Assembly (NCBI GenBank): GCA_965235115.1 | Contig: OZ249436.1 | Coordinates: 47,804,001-47,868,000 of the forward strand | Length of the DNA: 64,000 bases | Reading direction: 5' to 3' | Source: Laetmonice hystrix | Lineage: Eukaryota | Shown: positions 1-13,012 of the stretch, one piece after another | How positions within the stretch are numbered: the stretch's first letter is position 1 | Layout of the letters: each line of letters opens with the position of its first letter | Translations under genes and position numbers: made by a program | Notes under the pieces: generated by a model | The model's input: the letters and a program-made list of their open reading frames with translations, nothing else | Database searches by the model: none | What the model was told of the DNA's origin: nothing

Positions 1-25
1 TATACTATAGCGCTGTCTGACTTAC

Positions 26-3000
26 ATCGGGTACGATTCCTGGCTGGCCATTCTCTGGAACTTCTGTAGAGTGAGTTGAAAGTTGTCTGGAGGTTGGACC
101 GGGTTTGTGGTGCTCCCCGGCTCTTCCTGCTCGATCTTCCGTAGAAACTCCCGCCCGACTGACGGTCTCCGGTCTCTGAGTGCCGGGGACGGCGGGGAGC
201 GGAGGCCTGGAGCGACACGAACATGATAACTCAACACACTTAACTGGGAAATAACACTAGTTACACAGAAAAAAACATAACAATAAACATCCAGATTCCT
301 TTAACTCGTAAATAACACGCTCACAAATTAACAAATAAAAGAAAAATCCTTCAACTGGGAAACAACAAATAAATACATAAAAAGGAAACTCAAAAAAGGG
401 GAAGATACTCTATAAGATTGCCACCAAATTTTGTGATGAGAAATAAAGATCTATCACTACATATATAATATTCTAAGTTGCTAACCTGAGTTTTTAAACA
501 GCCAAAGAACGCAGACACGACGTACGGTATTACCTATGTCAAGAATGTCAGGTTTGACCTTGACTGACCTTGCAATAGGGGGTATACTATAGCGTTTGTA
601 AATACCCGTTTTGATTGCTCAGCAAATACAACTATTTGTTCTGCATGGATATGAAATCAATATAGCTAAACAGAAAATATTAAACCACATGTCAATCTGA
701 GTATTTCACAGTTACAGCAGTAGTAACCAGTTAATTATAGGCCCCCACACCGCTCTTAAATCAATATTTAATGTCTGTAGTCCCAGGGTTACTGACTCAA
801 CCAATACTCGTACTTTAATTAAGACTAACACCCCAATTCTATCCACAGCCAAGCAATGCCAAACCTTCCATGTATTATAACCTCTCTGCTATAAAACTCT
901 ACATCTCAGGACTGTACTGGATCATCATAATAACCTAATGTTTGCCATTTGTTTAACAATACAAAGTCTTGCGATTTCTTTTATGTTACTCTTCCGGGGG
1001 TGTTGGAGGGGGGGGGGCGTACATCACAGATTATGAACCTCATGTTACTGTCCCGGGGGTGTTGGGGTGGGGGTGGGGGGGGGGGGGGTCGTACATCACA
1101 GATTATAAACCTCATGTTACTGTCCCGGAGGTGTTAGGGTGGGGGTGGGGGGTCTTACATCAAAGATTATAAACCTCATATTGTATTGACGTTACACAAT
1201 CTCAGCGCCCAGTATGTACCTAGTTTTGTTGATTACATCACAACATGAGAGCATGCAGACCGACAGCCAGAGAGTAACATTCCCTGACCCTGATTCCATC
1301 GACCCACGCACTGCCATTCATGTTTAATGATAATTGGTTCTCCTCAACCTCCCCTTGGAGTTCATTCCTGGATGACTTCCTCGGTCCTCCATACATCTAC
1401 TTATTGTTTCCAATCGGGCAAGCTATTCAGGATAGGACAGTATCAAATTTAAAGAAAATAGTTCTGAATAACAAGTATTTTATGGTGTGGGAGACAAAGA
1501 GATGTCGAGGTATGACAAGATTATGGTCGGGCTACCTCCAGTAAAGAAAACCTTGAGCAGGACAGAGCCACACCTAACAACTTTACTACAACACTGCCAT
1601 TAATAGAAGCAGGAACGTTCAACTAGTCTTCGCTCTACGGTTATTATTAGCACAGGATCTATACACAGCGTCCCTCAGGACTCATTATTTCTTAGTACAC
1701 GATCTGCGACATGATTTCATGGCGACTAGATATGTCAAACTTTCTAATTCCCTGATGCAAATTCTAACTGTGTTACACAGTGTAGCATTTGTTACGCAAT
1801 GTTCGGTACATGTTTTCATCGAAATAAACACTGTTAAAAAACATCATCCCAACCAGACCAGGACTGGGGTAAAAATATCTTTACAGCTTAATTCAAAAGG
1901 TATTGTAGGAACAACGGAAGGTGTGAACCTCTAAAAACATTGGCATTGCTCTACCAGAGCCTGAGCTATGCCAGATTTGAAGCAGCAGCCGTTACTCTGA
2001 GCACAAATAGACATGGCAGCATGGAAGTTTTTCATGGAACAGAACTACAAAAGTGAGGTGTATCGTATTATTACATCGTTTTTTTACAAGACACTTTCTC
2101 TTGTCGGGCCAAGCTATCCCCTCCCAGTCAAACCATTACAGATCTCAAATCATGTCGGCCTAATTGAGAATTGATAGGCACTGTAAGAACCGTCTATTCG
2201 CTCCGCAATCAAACACACATTCCGATGGATGGGTGAAAAAAAGAATCGATGCTAAACGGTTTTTAAAGCACTATGACCGATTTTCTCACTTTCCCGTCCG
2301 TTAATTTCATGTGATGGCCACATTATTACAGTCACCGCTCTCCCGACTCTAATACAGCACTATTGGACACTTTTCTGTAATCGTTAGATTATGACGCTGA
2401 ATAAACCAATCAATCTGCCATAAATCGGCAGACCACCACCAAGGCCACACAAAACCCTCCGCGTTCAACACTTCCAGCGTTCCTCATTTCAACCCTCGGA
2501 GTAAAATGTGCCCGGTTCAAGCCGTTGCTAGGCAACACATCAACATGATCGTGCCACGTGCTCGATTTGTTTAGAGTTTCCTGGTGTCAGTGACGGGGAA
2601 GTCGTCCCATGTACCCAATGACCCCGTCTCGGCGTCATGCATGGTTCACAATCTGACCCCCCCCCCGTGCCCCGTGCCCCGTTCAGACGCCCCTCCCATA
2701 AGACTCTATTGACAGTACCGGTACCTGGAAATTCACCCTTTAAGAAACCTTTCCAGTCTGGTGCTACCTGGAGTTCACCGTTTAAGACAATGATCCAGCC
2801 TGGTGTTACCTGTAGAGTTTACCCTTTAAGAATCCGATCCAGCCTAGTGTTAGGTATGTAGAGTTCGCCCTTTAAGAAACCTATCCAGCCTGGTGTTACC
2901 TGGAGAGTTCACCCTTTAAGAAACCTATCCAGCCTGGTGTTACCTGGAGAGTTCACCCTTTAAGAAACCTATCCAGCCTGGTATTACCTGGAGAGTTCAC

Positions 3001-6000
3001 CCTTTATGAACCCGATCCAGCCTGGTGTTACCTGGAGAGTTTACCCTTTAAGAAACCTATCCAGCCTGGTATTACCTGGAGAGTTCACCCTTTAAGAAAC
3101 CTATCCAGCCTGGTGTTACCTGGAGAGTTCACCCTTTAAGAAACCTATCCAGTCTGGTGTTACCTGGAGAGTTCACCCTTTAAGAAACCTATCCAGTCTG
3201 TGTTACCTGGAGAGTTGTAGCACTTGGTAAAATACGGGGCCAGCAGTAGCAGTAGTGATAATATAAAGTCTCACCAAGCTGTCATAGTGACAGTGTTTAA
3301 TGGCGCTTTTCCTGCCATCTGCTCAGTGTTGCCATCTGTAGCAGATGCATCTTACAGTATATCATGTCAGATTAATAGTATACTGAACGGCAATGAAAAC
3401 GCATAGGTCACTAGTAGGATAGTGTGCAAAGTGTTTTGGTTGAGAACAGGAATGTTATTTTCTGAGTAGCCTATTACCCCAAGCCAGGATAACATGTTTG
3501 GTTTCTTAAGTTGTCAATTTATATCAAATGCGACTGTTCCTTTCAAATTAATATTTGAGCTATATTTTCAGTCTATGCGTTTTCATTGCCGTTCAGTAAG
3601 AATAAAGTCCAATCAATGTCTAGGACGACCACTGGGAGTATGTGGTATCTGAGGAGTTATTTGGGTACCCCTAAAATATGGACTCAGTTATTGAAACCAA
3701 TACTATATGAGATAATAACTCGGGCGGGGATTTGCCGAAGGCGCCCTTTACAAGTGGGGGTCAGTCTGGGGGCTCCAGAATACTTTCCCTTTTAGCGAGT
3801 CATGAACAAATATTTCCCCCTGTCCCTACTTGAACTCCATTCTGAGCCGAAGCGTTGATGGGTTTATCACAATGTCTGTGGTGTGAAGGTGGTAACAATT
3901 GATTCTACACCAACTACAGCCCTGATTGAAATCTGTCTGTGTGCTCAACCTATAATTGACCCCCCACTGTCCCAGGTCACTGCTAAGTGTGGTCAAGTCA
4001 TGGCCAGTCCTGTAACACTAATCTAGGGACACAGTATCAGGTTCCATAGGCTATACTCTTTGAACCAATTACCAGTTCCTTTTTACTGATAAACGGGCAT
4101 CTAATTAATTCCCTAATTAGCAATAAACGCCTGTTAAAACAGCAATCACGTAACTAAGATTTCAGCACCAAGGGACTGAGGTGGGGTGCATATAATAATT
4201 TTGTCCAAGTTTGTTCCATATAATGTACTGGTACTTCACACACTTCTATTTCATGGTCCAATGAGAACACATTATAATCTCATCAAAATAATATTATATA
4301 AGGCCACTCCTTCGTGAACATATTCAAAATTTACACTGATTCCCAATCATAATGTGTTGTATATAGATGTGATGCATCATAAGACCTTATGTTGTGGTTG
4401 ATAATACAAAAACGTACAATACAAAAATTATGTGTTATGAGTCCACAAGACATAGGCATTTATAATACTTTTTACCCTGAGGACTCATGAACATGTACCG
4501 TATGCAAGTCTGCACCTTTTTCAATCATATTAACCTTTCACATTCAACCACATAAGTATACAAATAGTTTGCATTTGATTTTTAAATGCACTCTCATTTC
4601 TGCTAGAAAATCTCAGGTGGCTGTCAAGATAAGGGTTCATCTATTTCACATTTTTTAAACCATTTCAGCAGAAATTGCAGGGTGTTATCAGTGCAAACGT
4701 TAAACAAACGTAAAATTTATATTTTTAATGATATTCTACGCAACACACAGACACCTTAACATAGTCCTGATATAGCACCAACTTCATTGTATCAAGTACT
4801 GGGCATGAGCTTTGCCTGACAGCTAATAAACCATTACAGACAGAGGCAGTTATAGATGGTGTGTGATTGACGATAACCTTGGACTACAGTTTGGAGAAAC
4901 TATTCCATAATCTTTACAAGGGTCACCTATAGACATACCCTTGAAGTTCACCCTGTACACATGTACTGCTATCTCTCCATCCATCTAGTACCGGGTCTAA
5001 TAATAATACTAGAACTAGAAGGTCATTAATAATTGATGAGGTTCATGGATCAATAATCTCATCAACTCAGGTAGGACAGGTACAAAAATGGCTTCTATAA
5101 ATAGACCGTGAATTTACTATTGAAACCCTAGCTGTTAAATTTTTACTTTGAAATAAAAATGTTCAGGTAGATCTACCAGTAATGTAAGCCCCCACTGGGG
5201 ATATCACATGTGGTGATATATTGCATAATACATAAATAGTTAATACTGCATATATAGATATATTACTGATATAGTGACAGCATCAATAAAGGGTAGGCCT
5301 ACGGGTAGCCTGTTATTTGAAATGCCCCACCTGGTAGTCGTATTGTCACGGGGGTATAGCGCTGAGAGTGGGATACCAGGCGTACAAATGTGACAGTCCA
5401 CGCCTAGAACAATAGCATCGTCTCACCTGTGACTGTGTATAGTGTGTGCACGCGGACTAAGGACCAGCCATTCTATCTCCTGCTGCCTTGTAATATTCCG
5501 GATGGTTGAGGCCTGAATTCAGGCCCTGGCCACAGCTGTGAGCATAGAGTTCGAGTGTACAGTCTCCGCGACCTGTCCCTTCCACAAGGGTACCCTAGCT
5601 AAGGTACCCCGGCCAGCAGATGATGGCCGGTGGGGTCTCACCCAGCATCAGCAGCAACACCGTCAGAACAGTCGTTCACGGACTGGTAGGGCGTCGATTC
5701 CCGTAAATAATCGGTCCACCCAGCGTCCTTGTCCTGTGCCTAACCCTTGCTCCTCCTGGCTGAGTGAGGCTTAATCCACCTTGCTAAAGTCAGAAATGTG
5801 AACTTGTTTCCTTGCTTGGACCCGGCGGTAGGGTAAGGTAGGGTCCTGTGTTTTGGGGGTCCTGTCAAAGACCCAAGTACTGAACCCTTGACAGGGAGCG
5901 TGTCTGCACTTGCCTACCGCTCTCTCACACAGTCAACACCTGCCGGTCGCACGACCCACACAGGACGTGCGCCATGCTCCAACCAAAACAATGAACTCTC

Positions 6001-6601
6001 CGGTACACTGCCCAGTCACGGAGGTAGGAAAGAAGTGTTTCCCATTCAATGCCTTATTAATATTCATGAGCTTCATGAGGGTTGCTATCGTCGGTCTACT
6101 TTTCCTTCAAATCAGATTTCGAAGAACACACCTCAAGAAAAAATACTGAAAAGCTTTTCCAAAAGATCTCAAAGCTTGCAAACCTTTCATGTAAAAAGTC
6201 TGCCTATATCTGATAGCCTACTCGTCTCGAGATTTTTTCTTGTCTCTACCAGAGTTCTCTGTCTCTAAATTGCTTGGACTTTTGATTTGAGCACTCACCT
6301 GAGTTTGGGCCAGGGGAAGGTGTTGAACCTCTGGTGTAGTTCTGAAGTGATGGAGAAAAGCGAAAAAAGAATCACAGACTTTGAACATCACATTTATATG
6401 GAATAGCCTATAGGAAGGCCTATGGAGATCAAGCTTTCTCAATTATTATGGACGTAGCCATAGGCCTATAGGCCTGTAGATTCTAGCCTATGCAAATCAA
6501 TGTTTTAGAAATCTATATAGCAAAAAGTCTACATCAAACGCTCTATTTAAAAAAAAGTAAAATCTTAAATAATTAAGCAGTAAGAAAACTTAAGAAAGAA
6601 A

Positions 6602-6645
<44 letters not shown>

Positions 6646-9600
6646 CATGGGAATTAATTTTGTTAGTTAGAGGCCATGCAATATTATTGACCATGGCTGA
6701 CTCTGCGGGTAGGTTACGAGTGTTGAACAGGTTTCTTTTGTTTGTCTTTACTCTGATTTTGATATCCCACTTAACCCTTTGTTGCACGTAGCTGGGGGGG
6801 GGGGGGAGGTCAGACCCCCTCCCCCACCCCCACCCCCACCCCCACCCCCGCGGGTGACGGTATGGGATGTCCGGGAGTCTGGGAAAGGCTCGAAACCTGG
6901 GCCTGTACGTAGGCCTGTCCTCGGATGACTGAGTTATGTGCAGTCGATAAGGTGTAGTCACCAGACTGAAGGATAGTTCTACACGGTAGTATATCTTATC
7001 TATGGAATGCAATACCAACTGTGGCCGGCACTTTTATCTCTCACGGCTGGTATAGACTCCCGTATGAAGGTCGCAGATTTCAGATGTCCCAGTCTATACT
7101 CACATCATATTCATTGCTATTTAACTTGGTTTTCCAATTAATATCTTTTTCTCATACAGGCCTCCGGTGCAGTGATCGTGGGGGGCTGAAACACCCCCCC
7201 CCACACACACACACTTTTGATATGGAGGGGGGGGGGGCTGACGCCCCTCCTGCCTCTCGGTTCCTATACACGATGCGATAGAAAAGGAGATAAAGCACTT
7301 TACCACATTGCACCGAAAGACTAATGAAGTTACTATTGTACATGTCCTGACTCAGACTGTGGCGGCGGGAGTCTCATGCAATAACCAGTCTCAGTGAGAG
7401 TTTGTAAACTCTATTACCCGATCGTCCTGGGACAAATCGTTACGAGAGAACGACGTAATGATCCCGTAATCTGTGACTGCGGGGGGTCGGACACATGCAC
7501 TGTACTCACCATTGTACCCAGCGGGGGGAGTACCCTCTCATAACGATCTCTTCCACCTCACACTGAATCCACTAGTCTCACCCTGTCCTGTATCAGACTG
7601 GCTCTCAGTCAGCCTGGATAAGTCATACCATGAACCCTGCCTAAAACAATGCTGTATAGACTGTTGACACGCGCGGAGCCTTGCGGTGGAGATCACATGT
7701 GGACTGTTTGACTAGGTCTGCTGTATTGATTATAATAACAACCCACTGTACTGGAGGTTTAGGCTGTATGACCTACATAATGATCAAATCTGTGCTATGT
7801 CTCTGTGAAAATGTCTGATGATCTTGGTAACAGTCGATATAACAAACACCCTGCTTTGTTATTTGTAATTATTAAAATTATCATGATGTTTTTCAAACAA
7901 TGCATGACTATGTGCGCCTTCTATCACATCCATGATATGATAACCTCCTTTCATACGGCTGTCTATAAAGGACACTTTCTGCTCAGAGGTTTTAGAGGTT
8001 GGATATTTAAGGGTTACTGAGCCGGGCTTTTACTTTAGGGAATGTAGGACCTATAGTCTCTAAATGCATTGAGACATTTCCTTTTCATCTCGATCTATTT
8101 CCTTCCAAACTACGACAGAATTGCAGTATCTTTTTCTGGTTTTTCATTAGCCTTTCTCCGTTAAAATTCCCATTCAAAATTCAGCGACAGCGACCGGTTC
8201 ATACTAGTTTACTTGGGAGTGTACGGTATACATTCTGCATGGTGTGACCAATTGACACTGTCAATTAGCAATGTCAACCTTTGAGTGGAACACCTTGTCC
8301 AGGCCGTGCACATGGCCATATCGTGTTCGACTAACAGCTTGCCTCCACATGGTTAGAACTCCTTTTTTCTCTAGAGACTAGCAGATTTAAAGGCTAACAA
8401 TTTGTTTTGATGTGCAAGAGGTTAGTTTTTTCCTCTGGTCGCCAGGTGTTGGAAGTGACTCTGAATTTTAACAGTTGGTTTCTTGTAAAGAACGAAAAAC
8501 GGGAATATATTTTAATTCCCGGTGGTCTTACAAACTGCGGCGTGGTGGAAACATCACCTGGTTTATTTTCTTCTCTAACCTAGGCGGAATCTATATAGAA
8601 GATCTATTGAACGGAAGAAAATGGCATTCAATTCACCCAGCCCCAAGGTAAGAAACATAGGGTGCTCAAAAAAGGGAAAAAAGGTAGGACTTCTGCATGG
8701 GTCCCATAAATGTATAGGCCTAATTTTTTTGGGAGCACCTTGTATTTTGAAGAGGAACATTTTTAAGTATTATTATGCATGACCAACCTTCAGCTGGTAC
8801 TCCTGAACATAGTGAATCTTCCAACTCGAGTTATCCTGAAATATATAGATCTGTGTAAAGACCCTCATCATTAACCAAAACAATGCTAAAGGGCCGGCAG
8901 GTCCAATGTGCCCGACCGGCAGGCCGGCCGATCTGGGCATTATACCGTTATGATTGGATGCCGTCAAAAAAGTCACGAATACATGACTTTATATTAGGCC
9001 TATTCGAATATATTTATCTCTGCATTAACATATAATTATGTCTACTTTAAATCAGCCATTCTGGGGACGTGGTAGATTTAGCTATATGGGGATAAAGGTG
9101 GGTATGCGCATGGGAGGAGGGGGGGGGGGGGGCTGGCCAATATCTCCTGACCTGGAGCTCCCTCGCCCCTAGCATTTAAAATTGTGGAGATGTAGACCTA
9201 TGGGCCTATTTTTCCTCCGCCTCTCGACTTAGCCCCACACTCTTCCCATCCTTCTACCATGCAGCTGTGGATTTTGATGCCTCCAGATATGGGTCTTTTC
9301 CTGGTGTAGATCTAGACCTCTCTCTATATGCCAACTCTGAAGAATATATTACTGAATGGGTAGGTCTTCTGTATAGGCCTACACTGCTTCTAACTTGTTG
9401 ACATCTTGATCACCAAGACGCGCTTGCCTTTTTTTTATATGTAGGCCTATATAGTATAGCCAAACTATTATGTAGGCTACTACATACATATAGTTTACAT
9501 ACAACGAGGACAGGCCAAGATCTAGTCCTACGGGAAGCAAGGATCCTCTGGGACCCGCCGTGACGGGCGTCAGAAACCTTATCACGACCTTCCTATATCC

Positions 9601-9711
9601 TGTCTGCAGAGCTTCATTAATAAACTTCACAAATAAAGACAAGACACTCAGAAATCGTCTCGATGTTACCTTCTCTTCACTGACAATCACCATCATCGCT
9701 TGGTCCGCCAT
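26..9711 (-). CDS. 5' portion of an unidentified spliced gene, continuing beyond the window start; Ser/Pro-rich N-terminus MADQAMMVIVSEEK-NYTRGSTPSPGPNS-GLRSPPSPALRDRRPSVGREFLRKIEQEEPGSTTNPVQPPDNFQLTLQKFQRMASQESYP...
   Basis: Three phase-compatible exons: 9670-9711 (ATG with upstream in-frame TAA; donor AAG|gtaac, phase 0), 6299-6341 (long pyrimidine tract + cag acceptor; CAG|gtgagt, phase 1), 26-206 (ctccag acceptor; gtaagt donor). No domain recognised; further exons may be missed. Confidence 0.6.
984..1180. repeat. Three ~63-bp tandem units with poly-G core
   Basis: GTTACTGTCCCGG..GGGG..TACATCACAGATTATAAACCTCAT repeated 3x. Confidence 0.85.
2720..3216. repeat. 44-bp minisatellite, ~11 copies
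   Basis: Unit CCAGCCTGGTGTTACCTGGAGAGTTCACCCTTTAAGAAACCTAT; copies start 44 nt apart (2885, 2929...). Confidence 0.95.
6593..6645. repeat. (GAAA)n microsatellite
   Basis: Direct reading. Confidence 0.95.
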
Positions 9712-12226
9712 CCTGAGCGACGACAGACGCAGCCATCCATGACGACGTTACAATGTCAAGCTAGGTCAACCGTCCCGCCGTGTATTCACGGATCTGACGT
9801 CGAGTGGAGCCTGCGACCATGACGACGGACTGGGTGGACATTTATCTACAATATCCCGCGCTTTGATCCGTCCACAGAACTAGATCTATAGCTCTGTGAT
9901 CCGTCAGATAATCTGTTCTTCACACTTCGCGCGGATTGCTCATCGAGTTTCTGCAGCGTCACGGGCGCCAACAGGCTACATGTCGGCTGCTGGTTGCAGA
10001 TATATTGATGAAAACAAACACGATGACTATGAATGGAACCAGAGCGGCCTGGGATGCTGGCACGTTTCCTGCCTCTCTGTCCGCATTGATGCCTGCCAGA
10101 GAGGCGTGGCACTATAGTATTGGCAGCTAGGTTGTTGCATGATCACAAGAAATCCACAGTTCCAGTCGTGCTGCTGAATTTTTAATCTACCCGGAATGGC
10201 TAAACGTGGTTCTCCCTAATCAGTTTACATCATCTCACAATTTCTCACTTATTGTCCATATTCAATGATATTGTCATCAGTCTTCTACTTTTCAAATCAT
10301 CGGCTTTTGGACTGGTATGAAAACAATGGCTATCAGATGGTAGCTTGCCACATTACACTAGGCCTCAAGAGTCTAAGCCAGATTTCAGATTAGTCTCACA
10401 ATTATTGTAGCATAATTTCCAGATTTATTTCGAGATAAAAAAAAACTGTATAGATCTAGGGGTTAAGTATCCATCAGCCTCGGGAAAAGGGTTCGATAAT
10501 TAAGCTCTCTCCTTGTATAGGCATGCTGGGGCCGCTATGTAGAATTTGCTCATTCATATAGATCTACTCGGTCTAGGCCTGGAATTCTAGATAGATAGGG
10601 CCTGGGATATGTAGGCCTAACTCCTTCCCCTCGGCCGGGAGATTTTCACCCCCTTCTTGAAATTCTGCAGTAGATAACATTAGGCATAGATCTAATTGTA
10701 TAATTTCACCCGTCTCTGGGCCTAGCTGCAGTGCATGTCCAAATCCTTACCCGGCTTGAGCCCCCCCCCCCCTCCACCCCCACCCCTAAAAACGTCAGGG
10801 ACAGACAACTGACCCCCCCCCCCCTCCCCAACCAAATTTGCTGGATAGGCCTCCCGCCCAGGGCCAGGCTGCTGTTTTCCCAACGAATCGGTCGGAGATC
10901 TGTGTGAATGTGAGGTCCGGTAGCCTATTCGGGTCGGGTATAATTTTTCGTGGTTTAGAATAGATCTAAACATAGGCCTACAGATAGATGTAGGCCTAGG
11001 CCTATAGAGGTATACTGATGTAGCTTGGGGCCCACCTACCTTTGTTTGTGCTTCGTCCTAGATGCTTTGCTCCTCCAGTTAATGGAGGCTAAACTGGATT
11101 ATTATCTCCATGAGAACCATGGCAGCGTTTTATTCATTTATGGCGTAATGAATGCTTTATTTTTACGTCACAGTCATCCACAACACAATAATTATGACAA
11201 TACAGCCTTTATTACGTCACATAAGAAACACTGAGCGGTCTGTTGCTTGTTGTACAAATAGCTTACGTCATAATAAAATGACCTTATAAATGTGACGTCA
11301 TAAGCCAGGTCGTGCAGCCTGGTTCCCTTGCCCGCCGTTACGCTCCTTTGGCGCTGATGGTCGCTCGCAAGCGAGCGACCATCAGCAAGTGCCAAGGTTG
11401 GCGTCTCCGGCGGTTGGCGTCCGATTTGCAACTCGGCCTCCTTGGCGACTGTTCTGCTGAAAACCTCCCAAAATAGTTTCTATAGACCCACAGGCACAGA
11501 TGGGAATTTTAGTCCCGATACGCAGAATACATAGATCTATCAATGTGTCAAAGAGCCTAGGCCATTATAGATGTGTAGCCTACTGAGATCTCACTAGCCT
11601 ACACATCATTAGGCTATGCCGAGGCCTATAGTTATAGGCTGTCCATTTTTCGAGCTTGATTAGTTCTACTATTAGGCCTAGGGCCTATATCCTTCTGTGT
11701 GCTGACTTTCTGTCTACGCAATAAAAAGGTAGCCTGCATATAGCTAGGTTTCCCTGAGATACACCCTCAGTGTAACTGTTAAAATTAATTAGCCGTGTAG
11801 GCCTATAATTAGTGAAGCTAAAGGGGGGACGTGCCCCCTGCATGCGGCCCCCCTGGACCCGCCTTTGCATAAAATATATAACATCAAATAATAATTAGTC
11901 AGTATGATAATAAACGTGTTGTCTGCCTATTATGCGGATATCCAGAAATAGTCGTTTCTTCCTCAATATCAACAGATCGTCAGGCACATCCCCAATGATC
12001 CTGCAAACATAGGCTATAGCCTAGCAGGTGAAACAGACAGATGGGCACATTGTAAATCAGGCCTAAATCAAACGTAGCTGGTCGAAGTGAAACAAGACAG
12101 ATGCATGGGCACATTGTATAGATCAGGCCTACAAACATAACAGGTCCCAGTGAAACAAACAGACGGGCACCTTGTTTAATCAGGCTATTAATATTATAGC
12201 AGTTCCCAGTGAAACAGGCAGACGTA

Positions 12227-12822
12227 TACGGTGGCCCATAAGGGACAGTTAATTTCATTTTAGTACTTATTGTATTTTTATCACTTTCCACCGCGGAGAA
12301 AATGTTTTCTACGAGGAAATAAACTTTCTACCGCGGAAAAAAGTCTTTTCTCCGAGGGGAAAACTTTTCTTCGAGGAATTATACTTTTCTCCGCGGAATT
12401 AAACTTTTCTCCGCGGAAATAAACTTTCCACTGCGGAAAAAAGTATTTCCTCCGAGGAGAAAAGTCTTTTCTCCGAGGAGAAAACTTTTTTCGGCTGAAT
12501 TATAGGCCTATACTTTTCTCCGTGGAATTATACTTTTTTCTCCGCGGAATTAAACTTTTCTCCGCGGGAAAAAAACCTTTCTACCGGGGACTTTTCTCCT
12601 CGGAGGAAATACTTTTTCCGCGGAGAAAAGTCTAATTCCGCGGAAAAAGTATAATTCCACGGAGAAAAGTATTCAGCAAAGAAAAGTTTCTCCTCAGAGA
12701 AAAGACTTTTTTCCGCGGTAGAAAGTTTATTTCCGCGTAGAAAACATTTTCTCCGCGGTGGAAAGTGATAAATATACAATAAGTACTAAAATAAAATTAA
12801 ATGTACCTTATGGGCCGCCGTA
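12227..12822. mobile_element. Fold-back MITE with long inverted arms and internal CCGCGG-containing subrepeats, inserted in a degenerate ~60-bp tandem repeat (12028-12850)
   Basis: TACGGTGGCCCATAAGGGACA...TGTACCTTATGGGCCGCCGTA; arms complementary over >100 bp; host unit GTGAAACA..GGGCACATTGT..AGGCCTA resumes after the element. Confidence 0.9.
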
Positions 12823-13012
12823 CAGGCGGGCACATTGTAGGCCTATAGTGGATTGGCCTATCGTCTGTCGGCCAATGGCATCAGGGCACCGTCATTTCAA
12901 AACGTGAGATTGAAGCTTCTTTGCTATTTGTTTCTTCCAAAACAGACCGTGGTTTGGTTAGTGTTCTCTTATTGGTTCAGTAAGATTTCTGTACCCGTCA
13001 ACGAGGCCTATA

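Noticed and set aside
5427..5520. Extra exon of the first gene (CAG|gtgag donor)
   Set aside because: The phase-compatible frame contains a TAG and there is no convincing acceptor.
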